Below are positions 53,590 through 64,000 of a DNA stretch of 64,000 nucleotides, piece after piece. The stretch is from assembly GCA_964016885.1 (NCBI GenBank), contig OZ024742.1:189100001-189164000 (forward strand). The letters are read 5' to 3'. Below the pieces are notes generated by a model. That model worked only from the letters and a program-made list of their open reading frames with translations. It was not told the DNA's origin and searched no databases. The position numbers were made by a program, and so were the translations under genes. Source of the stretch: Eledone cirrhosa (taxonomy: Eukaryota). How positions within the stretch are numbered: the first letter of the stretch is position 1; each line of letters begins with the position of its first letter.

Positions 53590-56500
53590 TGATTTCTTTA
53601 TTGGCCACAAGGGCTGACATCAAGAAAAACATTACAGACGGCACAGGACGGTGCGATGTGGCTTGTGTGCGTGTAAATATTTTTATTATTTATATAAGAA
53701 AAGAAAAAAAGGACATAGAAACATATATATATATAAACAATAAAAATGAAAACTGAAACAATGAAAAATTCCCCGATAGGGGGGAAACCTCCGAGGGTTA
53801 CTCGTGGCGAAAACCACAGAAAAGACCACGGCCACCCTGACCACCAGGGCAAGCGCCCTCTCTCACTTTTTCCATTTATCAAACTACAGACGTATATTCA
53901 GAGCGGTCCCGTTCACTCGGACCATTCTCGCAACATTCACCCACCTTTCAACAAACTTGCTAGAAGGCAGCACTTGCCTCTCCACCCTGATTTTCCTCTT
54001 CAAGTGAAACTTGAAAAATTTAATTAGGGATTCGCCGAAGAGGAAAGTGTCTGTCTTTAACCCTTTCAACCTTGTCCACCACACAATCTATTTAGTCATG
54101 GCCACCAGACAGATGAAACCGCCTGCCCTTCCTCCTTGAAGGAAGACGGTGAGACCATCTGCACAATGGACTCAGTCGATAACCGGATCAGTCCTACACG
54201 CGACAGCAATTGTTCGACATAGCTCCACAAGTCAGTAATGCTCGGGCACTGAGGGAGTGCGTGCACGACGGTTTCGTCGCTCTGCGCGCATCTCGGACAG
54301 GCTCGGCTGACGGCACTTCCGTGCCTGTAGAGCTTATCTCCAACCGGCAGCGCCCCCCCCCCCCCGGTAGCACTGCCAGGCCAGGGATTTGGGGAAGTTA
54401 TCCATAGGCCCTGGGCTGAAAGTTCTCCGGAAGAGAGCAAACAGCTTATCTTCTTCGACACCCAGGATCTTCCACAAAAAGCGGAAGAGGAGGCACTCCA
54501 TTTTGGTGAGAGTTGGGCCGGAGCAAGAGCCGACGGTGAGGCGGTAGCAGATGACGGATGCGATGTACGCATTCGCCACCTCCGCCCGGCCTTTCAAAGA
54601 CAGCCTCCTCTCGGCCCATTTCTGGGTGAGGGAGGCCACCTTGCTCGTCACCTCGTTCCAGTTTTTCTCCATCTGCAGCAATTTAACCGGTCCGTCCGTC
54701 CAACGCCCCACGACGCTGTCGGACGGCATGGACTTACCTCTCCAGGTGCCGAGCTGCAAGCCCACCGACTTTTCCTGGTTTATCTTTGCTCCTGTCATCG
54801 CTTCGTATTCCTTGAGAGCGGTGCCGAGCATCTGGACGTGTCTGGTGCTCGACACCACCACGGTGACGTCGTCGGCATAAGTTGACACGGATCTTCCGCA
54901 TCCTAGTTTGCGAGGTACCCCACTCATGGTCTCCAATTTGTGCAGTAATGGCGCGAGAGCCAGTACGTACAAGAGAGACGAGAGGGGACAACCTTGGCGG
55001 ACCGAGCGCATGATGCTGAACGACTGCGACAGGTGACCATTTTCCCTCACGTTCGAGCAGATGTCGCTGTTCATCGCAGCGATCCAGCCTCTAAAATCGG
55101 GCCCGAAGCCAGCTGCCTCGAGGTCCGCAGCCAGATACCGATGGTGGACCCTATCAAATGCTTTAGATTATATCCAAGTTCATGAGAGCCCCACCCGTGC
55201 CAGGTTCCTTAACCACCCTCTCTATGATGTATCGCGTGAGATGGAGGTTGTCGTGGATGGATCTGTTTGGAATGGAGCATGTCTGCGCGTCTCCCACCAG
55301 ATTACCGACGACAAGCGCCAATCTCTTTGCTAACACCTTGGCCAAAATCTTGAACTCTGTGTTTAGCAGAGTTATGGACATGAAGTTGTCTATTACGTCC
55401 CCTTAGTTCGGGTCTTTTCTCAGCAGCGCCACCGCTCCACGGCTCACAAAACTGGGAATCTACTCTATCACTACTCCCTTGCTAAACCTTATCAATTCTA
55501 CTCTAGCAGCCCTTTTCAGGGTAAACCACCTCCTGATGTTGACGATTGCACCCGTCAACGCACGCTTAACTAATTCGCTAATCTGGTCTCTGAAAGTTTT
55601 GCGCGCCGGGAAAGACGCTTTCAGAAATCAGTAACCAGGCCCTTGTCTATGGAATCTATCTAAGTCAACTACGCAGGTCACGAATTTGTGGTTCGTGTAG
55701 TCAACTACTTTAAATTATGGACAACCTACACTAGCCTTATCTGTTTCCCTACAGAGTACCCTATCTAAATACGATCTGCATGACCCGATGCGGTTTGCCC
55801 ATGTCCACATTGACACATTCGGATAATCCATTCTATACCTGTCAGGCAGTTTAAAACGTCTGAGCAGGTTGTTGAGGCTTTTACACCTCCTGTCTTGTCT
55901 ACTAACCCCACATAATCCCAGCGTGCATCTAAGATACCGTTCCAGTCAGCCACTAACACTAAGGAGCGGGACGTTCCAAGAAAGGTCTCTAGACGTCTCA
56001 AGAAATCTGGCTGTCCTGCCCCTGCTGGGGCGTAGACGGCTACTAGCCTGAAAGCATTGCCTTCGCTGCCGGTCACATCCAGCACAACCGACTTACCTTC
56101 TGGGTCCAGGAAGATGGCCCGTATGGCAATATCCAAGCCTCTCCGAAAAAGCACATCAACTCCTCCCCCCGATCCTGGACGGCTGGGAGATGTGTATACA
56201 TCGTAGCCGCCGAAGATCGGTGCGAAGGCTCGTGCTTCGGAGATTCTGGTCTCGCTGTGTTAATTTACGTCTGAAATATCGGTGTTGTGTTTATGTGTTC
56301 CATTAGTCCTTGGTGTGTAATGTTTATGGCTGTGTACTTTTTTTTTGGGGGGGGGGGGGGGGGCTGTTTTCTTGTTGTTGCTGTTGGGTATGTGTGGTTT
56401 GTTGTGTTTGTGATGGTGTTTTTGGTGATGCTGTCGTGGTGTGGTTGTTGTTGGTGTTGATGCTTGTAGTGGTGATGGTGATTTTGGTGGTGTTGCTGCA

Positions 56501-58185
56501 AGTCTCCTTGCAGTCTTTATTCTTCTTTGCCTTCGCTTTTGGGGGGAGGAGCTGTGTTGTTGTTTTTTAACAACGTTTTTCACTCCTCAGCCGCCTCATA
56601 CTCCATGTCCGACTGTGAGCGGTCGGGGAGGGGTATGAGTTCTACACTCTAATTTGACTTTGCTGTTGTTGTTGGTGGTGGTGGTGGTGGTGGTGGTGGT
56701 GGAGCCTGGTTTGCCGCTCCTGGCACAGGTGCAGCTAGTGCAACTGTTTTTGTTGCTGCAGCTGACATTGCTGATTTTGTTGTTCGTGGCTTTGGTGGGG
56801 GTGTCACGAACGTTGTCTTCCTACTCTCTGTAGAAGCTCCTGACTTTTTCGCTGACTGCTCTGTTTCTGATGGCAGCGGTTCCGGCGTTGGAAGGAGGGT
56901 GACCTTGGCCTTTGTTATTTTCTGTGGGCAGAAAGCCCTGAGGTGAGACTTTGATCCACAGTTGAAGCCATTTTGGGCGCCTTCCTTCAACAGATCTGGG
57001 AAGTTGGGAGCCATTCCTGAGGTCTTTTACGTCGGGAATAGTGCTAATGCAGTCCTGGTCGGTTTAGATGAGCATTACCATTCCAATACCGGACTAGTCC
57101 TCTCTCCCCAACTTCTGTACCTGCAGAATGGTTGTTTTATCTTCGAAGCCCGCTAGAACAGACACGACCAGCCAAGGCACGGTTACGTAGGGCGGGACCT
57201 GGGTTACCTTGACCGTTGCAATTTTTTTTCCACAGTAAAACGGGATTAAAGTTATTTCATCACACCGTAGAGTCCTGAGTGAGTGCGATTTTGCTTCCTG
57301 GGTGGTAGCAAAAAGGACATCCACAGTAGCATATTGCCACGGGTGATGTGGGATTTCTGTGCCCACACAGTTCCCAAGGCCTTCTGGAATTTGGACCTCC
57401 GAGGCTTTCTCCACACGACGCGATTTCGTGGCAATCGTACGGTACGACACTGTGCATCGCCCTTGTTCCTCCAGGAAGTCGGTTGGTGGTTTCAAGGACA
57501 TTGAAAATTCAATTCTCGTTACCACGTGTCTTGCGACCGCCATCTCCTCTTCTGTGATGATGATTGTTTCTATGTTGCGAGTTATTTTTGCAAAAGAGGT
57601 GGTCTCTTTTTCAGTGGTGTCATTGTTGCCACCGCTACTGCTGGTGCTGGTCTTGTTGTTGGTGCTGTTGCTGTTGTTGTTATTGCCACTGCTACAAACG
57701 GTGTTGTTGGTGTTGCTGCTGTTGCCGCCGCTACTGCTACCACATGTGTTATAGTTAATACTGCCGCTACTGCTGCTATCTCCCTTGTTGTTAAATGTAT
57801 CAGCAGCAGCCGCTTCAAGACTGCCGTTGGGTGAAGAGGAAAGAGTGGCATTCGGCTGATTTTTATTATTTGGTGAAGAAGAGGAATAAGAAAGCGAGAC
57901 TTCACTCTGGTTGTTGCTAGTTTCTTTGATGTTAAATGTATCAATTGTATCAAATGTATCAATTGTATCAATTGTATCAGTGGCAGTCGTTTCACGTCTT
58001 GCTGGAGGAGAGGTGGGGGTGGCATTCGCTTGACTTTGGGATGGTGAAGGAGACGAAAAGAAAAGCGATGCTGTACACTAACAGCTGGACGAAGAAAAAA
58101 AAGGTAGAGAAGGATATCTTGCTGAAAGAGTAATTGTTGAATGTATGCAGAGCATGGAGTCGGATTTTTTTAATGACGCCATTTT
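53590..58185 (-). mobile_element. Tx1/L1-like LINE, near full span with several internal deletions
   Basis: ORF1 remnants (CGSKSHLRAFC), APE remnant, RT (ITLLNTEFKILAKVLA, RQGCPLS, YADD), C-terminal CPRC..H...C, 3' UTR ending aataaagaaat in (TTA)n. 5' boundary approximate. Confidence 0.88.
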
Positions 58186-58547
58186 TTTTTTTTTTTTTTG
58201 GCGGGACGTATTTTCTATATGCAAAGTTCAAATCGGGATTTAGCCCCGAAGGGCTAAATAACCGATTAATTTTGACCACTTCAAAGGAAGTGGGGTGTGT
58301 TTACACACAAAATAATATGATTTTTACATTAAGTTCGCAATAAAAGGAATGGTTACTCTATCATTACGTTTATTGGTTTGATCTGTATCGATCTACCTTC
58401 AGTAACTCCGCGTTACACTGTTATATATATATATATATCGGTGAATATATATATATATAAAAAACAGTAAAATATATGGCACCGGTGCCTTGAGAAGGCA
58501 GCACCAAAATTCATATCAATGAATCGATATAAGAGAAGTATCATGCT

Positions 58548-58673
<126 letters not shown>

Positions 58674-58879
58674 TGAGTGTGTATGTGGGTGTGTGTGTAT
58701 ATATATATATGTACAGGTCCTTCTAAAGACTTCGTTTTAATATTATCATTATATATATAGAGAGAGAGAGAATTTAGTATGTCTACTAACATATGCGTAC
58801 AGATGTACGCTAATGCCAGCAAATACACAGGTTATGTCATAGCACCTAGGTGGTTCAATGCAGGAGGATGCAGAACAAT

Positions 58880-58939
58880 AATATAAAAGACGTAAAATAA
58901 GAAAATTTTAAAAAATTAACTTACTTTTCTTATTTTACG

Positions 58940-58950
<11 letters not shown>
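58880..58950. repeat. Small fold-back next to (TA)n
   Basis: atataaaagacgtaaaata..tattttacgtcttttatat. Confidence 0.6.
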
Positions 58951-58989
<39 letters not shown>

Positions 58990-60162
58990 GTAGTTCCACA
59001 ACTGTTATTACACCGTTTCCGAAAACAATTTGTTTCACCTCAAACAGATCATCAGCTCGATTTGGCAATCATCTGCAATTTTTGTCAACCAAATTTCACT
59101 AGCAAGGCATTAGTCAACCAAAGACTACGGTAGAAGACACTTTCCAAGTGTGCCACACAATGGAACTGTACGCGGAATCTCGTGGTTTCGAAGCGAACTC
59201 CTTAAGCACAGAGGCGTACTTGTATCGAGTTAGTGGCTTCGCAATCAGTACTATTTCATGTTGTTCGAGATTGGCCCCTCACACGCTATCCACACTGCTG
59301 CAAATGATTTGGTCTGACTCAGTGGCCTTGAACTGCCTCTCTAACTATTGTGCATATGTCATAGACAAGAAGGAAATACGTGAAATTTGGTGGAAATTGT
59401 TTGGATGACCGTTAGATAAACTGTGTTACGATTCAAATTGTCAGGCTGGCCCTGACACGCATTGTCTCGCCATGACACTACTTGAGAATTACATTAAAGT
59501 AAACATCTGCGTAATGATGACCTATTTTCCACGTTAATTTCATGAGGAGGCTGTTCCCAGTGCCGAATTCACCACTGGATTTAGCTGTACTTTAGGCGTT
59601 GGTCATGGGGGAACCCATCTTCCTGCCAAAAACATTTTTACGATGAATTACCTCCTTCGGAGCCTAATTACTTTACTAGCACATGGCCTAATTTGTCCTA
59701 CATCGGGTACTAGCTGTTCCATTGACAGAACAATTGGAATACTCATCTTCGAATACGTCATAGCATTCTATGACGTATGGAAACGAAATGCTTCTAGATA
59801 GATAATTTTAACAAAATAATCTCAGATGAGAATTTGAGAATGACTAAATTATTAGCAGGAAATAAAATATATAACTCTGCATGTGATCAAAGGATATTTC
59901 TGTATTGAATTAGAAAATATATGTTAGAAACTTTCCTAACATACGATTTCTCTTCAATTATTCTCTTTAATACATACTCTTTATTTATTAGTTTTCGTGA
60001 ATTTTAATTAATGTCTTTCCCTTTAGATATTTTCGATTTCTTAACGGCTTTAATTTCTATCCCGATATTAATCATATTGGGTCGGATAATTTAAATAGAA
60101 TTCCATTCCTCCCAACAATACATACATGCACACACATACACACGCACAGACACACACACACA

Positions 60163-60200
<38 letters not shown>

Positions 60201-60391
60201 CACAAACACAAACACACAAACACACACAAACACAAACATACACACATACATATACACACAAACACACACACACACACACACACATATCCATATATATATA
60301 TATATACATATATACATATATAAATTATCGAGAATCGTATTTCGGCTTATGAAATAACGAAAAACAACCGCCGAGATGTGTGGCAAGTGGT

Positions 60392-60510
<119 letters not shown>

Positions 60511-60705
60511 TATATATATTTATATATATAGATGATCTGATAGCAATTAAGGCATTCGTTAACCGCATATATATCAGACAGTATAGTGTTAACTACTCAA
60601 CGACATGTACGATAATATCGTCTTTCTTCAAAAACTGATAACATTCAGATTTAATTGTATATCCACACCAAAACTACATTGAGTTCACTGCCCTTCTCCT
60701 CTCTT

Positions 60706-60737
<32 letters not shown>

Positions 60738-60895
60738 CCTCTCTCCCTCTCCCTCTCTTTATATATATATATATATATATATTCAACATCAAAGTTGAAT
60801 GAGTTGCATAACGTAGAGTGCTTTTCTTACAAATACATCATGTCGTGGTTAATTAGACGTAATGACAGATTCTAACTATTGGTGAAAAACAAAAC

Positions 60896-60934
<39 letters not shown>

Positions 60935-60939
<5 letters not shown>

Positions 60940-61448
60940 TAAAATAACAGATTAAAGTTTAAGCAAAGAATCGCTGCTTTCACCCTTAACGGGATCTTCT
61001 GAAACTAACAAAGTCAATCTGTAAACGCAGAAGTGGATATTTCAAAAAACGTTGCAACCGGAGGAAGACAGGAAGACGATACTTTGGTTCGTGGAAACGT
61101 TCGCTGGCAAAGAACGGGAAAAAACGAATAATACGTCATTAATAGGAGCGGTGAAAAACAATTACGCGCAAAGACAGAACCACGTTTATGGTATAAAAGA
61201 GGTCGTAGACTAATGTTCTCTTAGGTGGTGCATAGAGACGTTCTCTGGCAATGAACGAAAAAACGAAGATAATAAGTCATATGTGGAGCGTGGAGAACAA
61301 TAGCACGCAAAGACAAAACCACGTAAATGGTATAGCAGAAATCGTAGACTAAAATTCTAACATTTGCTCTACGGTTCTTATATATTTGATATATATTTTC
61401 CTTATCGAGCCCTCTTTGGATTTTAGTCTTCAATTTTATTATTATTAC

Positions 61449-61450
<2 letters not shown>
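60935..61450. mobile_element. About 510 bp TA-flanked dispersed repeat with internal subrepeats (unclassified)
   Basis: Homologous pieces at 25640, 26760 and 41283; internal duplication acgc.caaagaca.aaccacgt..atggtata...gtcgtagactaa. Confidence 0.6.
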
Positions 61451-61484
<34 letters not shown>

Positions 61485-61501
61485 CGTGTGTGCGTGCGCG
61501 C

Positions 61502-61545
<44 letters not shown>

Positions 61546-61704
61546 TAGTACAGCATTAACGAAGCCATGGTTTTAGCCAAGCTAACGAATGCAGTTTCGG
61601 TGTGCAGCTAAGCACTCGCATAGGGTATATAACCCTAGAGTTATAACATTACGTTTAGACAGCTTTGGAAAATGAAGACAGCGACCATGAAGGGCCGCAG
61701 TGAC

Positions 61705-61750
<46 letters not shown>

Positions 61751-61778
61751 TGTAATAAACAACATGAGGCAATTATTC

Positions 61779-61832
61779 CATTTACCAGTGGTTTCTTAAA
61801 AGCAAAAGATTTTGCTTTCAATCCTCAGAATG
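61779..61832 (-). ncRNA. Canonical type I hammerhead ribozyme (inverted copy)
   Basis: Reverse complement of 61848..61901 with one stem II difference. Confidence 0.85.
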
Positions 61833-61847
61833 AAAAAAGGATTTTTT

Positions 61848-61901
61848 CATTCTGAGGATTGAAAGCAAAATCTTTTGTTTTTAAGAAACCACTGGTAAAT
61901 G
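61848..61901 (+). ncRNA. Canonical type I hammerhead ribozyme
   Basis: catt-CTGAGGA-ttgaaagcaaaa tc ttttgtttttaa-GAAA-cc act gg-TA-aatg. Confidence 0.85.
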
Positions 61902-62109
61902 GAATAATTGCCTTATGTTGTTTATTACATAACTATTAAGCTCTGTTACCTACATAGAGCACTCTTTTTTCCTGGACTTTTCCGACGGAATTACTTCATA
62001 TATATCTATATATATATATTAGAATTGCCGATATATATATCTGAAATAGCGATGTATACATGAATGTATATATAGTATATTTGGCAATATACTGTATGCT
62101 TAATTAAAA

Positions 62110-62242
62110 GCATTTTGAAGACCATGCGCTATTATTTTAAAGTAGTGACTATGTCACTTACTTCTTTAACAGTATGAAACAGATCTGTCAGCTCATTTAA
62201 ACAAATCTGATGAGCCGAATAAGGTGAAACAATTGTTTTCGG
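62110..62242 (+). ncRNA. Two adjacent degenerate hammerhead-like motifs
   Basis: TTGAAGA..GAAA-cagatctg-TC and CTGATGA-gcc gaataa ggt-GAAA-caattg-TT; palindromic stem IIIs but poor stem I. Confidence 0.45.
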
Positions 62243-62272
62243 TAATGGGGAACTATCTGTTGTGGAACTACC

Positions 62273-62408
<136 letters not shown>

Positions 62409-63192
62409 GGGGGGGGAAGAGAACTAAGGTGTTCGCTCCAACATAGCTGTATACGTAACCATATCATTAGATATACATTGTTATTGTCTCTTTCTAAGTG
62501 AAGGAAAATCTGAAAAAAATCCTGCAGCTTCGGAAGTATCCGCTGATGTTGATCAGTTTTCCTCTTCGGGTAGTGTTTTCGATGCTCAGATTGGTCGAGT
62601 GCAAGGCCTTCGACAGGGCAGCCATCATCATGTATATATAGACATATATGTATGTATGTATGTATGTATGTATATATATATAGACTTATATATATATGTG
62701 AGTCAGTATAAAACATGTTTATTCGAAAGGCATCATGTTTCAATGACTGGTACTTAAAGTTCTTTTGCTACTGATGTTGACGTTTATTTTCAGTAATTTC
62801 TGTGTGTGTGTATATATACGTATGTGTGTATGTGTGTGTATGATGTATGTATATTTGTATGTATGAATGAGCGAGTGTGTGTGTCTAATTAACCATATCA
62901 CTGAAATAACTTGTCGAAATTGAAATATATATAATATAAGTAGGACTTAGGTTATATGTAAGAATTTGTCTCTGATAAACGTTTTTGAAACTAATATTAC
63001 TTTCCAATGTTTACTTCATATGTCAAAATTTGGCATGGAGATAGAATTTATGAAAAAACAACAGCATTTGTAAAACCATTTTAGTGAGACAATATAGACA
63101 AGTACGTAATCTTTCCAAAATGGAGATTGGCACATACATTACATACAGTGGGCAGAGTTTCTGAGTTTTGGCTCAGTTTCATGTATATTAAG

Positions 63193-63291
<99 letters not shown>

Positions 63292-63399
63292 ATATGTGTC
63301 CAAATTGTTCGACTGTTATTCAAACCTACGTTGTAGCAACATACAGCAAGCTAATATATATTTCAATGTATGTATGTATGTATGTATGTATGTATGTAT

Positions 63400-63862
63400 G
63401 TATATTCTTCTGGTTTTATAATTTCATAAAGTTTTACCAATAGAGAGAGAGCCGGTTTCTAATATAGACACAAGACTCTCTCATTGGAATTTACACAACA
63501 TCAACTAGGTAGATACGTATGTATGCATGTTTGTGTAGATATGGATGTTATAGTATGTGTGGGTGTGTATGTTTTGAGTTGTATGTGTGCATGTGTATAT
63601 GCTTTGTATCTGTACATGTGTATATGCAGTTATTAGATGCAAAATCTTTGGAATATTTTACATATTTTTACTGTTCCATTAATGGATTGTACTTGTAATT
63701 TCCTAACTAGTTGTGTTCTTTCTGTTCCGGTGAAGCCTAGCTTCTCAAGATTTGTATTGAAGCAGTTACTAACATATCCCATGCCCCAATAATCACAGGC
63801 ATAAATCTGAAGGTGTAATCAGGGTGGAGTGTCTGCAGATTTCTCATCAGTTCTGCATAAAT
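63400..63862 (-). mobile_element. Short 3' fragment of the TACA-associated R4-like family
   Basis: IYAELMRNLQTLHPDYTFRFMPVIIGA; highly similar to 46556..46990; (TGTA)n on both sides. Confidence 0.88.
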
Positions 63863-64000
63863 GTATGTATGTATTATGTATGTACGTATGCATGTACATA
63901 TGCATCTATGTATGTATGTAAAGGGTAAACGGAAATAACAACACAATTGGTACAGTATATGGAAGGAATATATTAGGTTAACGCTTTAAGTAGCAGCAAG

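Larger units (their letters stand above)
61744..61935. mobile_element. Near-perfect 190 bp palindrome with one hammerhead per arm
   Basis: 61744..61838 is the reverse complement of 61842..61935 (2 mismatches); (TA)n flank. Confidence 0.8.

Overview
AT-rich, microsatellite-dense eukaryotic DNA. The SINE families and the (TA)n/(CA)n/(GA)n/(TACA)n density suggest an octopus or other cephalopod genome (inference). I find no convincing host protein-coding gene; most track ORFs are microsatellite read-throughs. The window is a nest of retroelements: (i) Penelope-like elements (PLEs; RT plus C-terminal GIY-YIG), including five Naiad-type copies and one head-to-head pair of a second clade; (ii) a non-coding 466-470 bp tandem array with one perfect type-I hammerhead ribozyme (HHR) per unit (retrozyme-like); (iii) R4/Dong-like RLE LINE fragments in (TACA)n and (TAA)n; (iv) two degenerate Tx1/L1-like LINEs; (v) an RTE tail, tRNA-derived SINEs and Helitron-like non-autonomous elements; and (vi) a 4.3 kb poly-Thr ACC/ACA repeat. 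The most striking pattern is that nearly every PLE or retrozyme insertion sits in a (TA)n tract and ends in a minimal HHR with a short, usually palindromic stem III, and many carry an inverted copy of their own 3' end, giving fold-backs from about 80 bp to 6.6 kb. The HHRs include non-canonical cores (CCGANGA and UUGAAAA) that recur in independent families.
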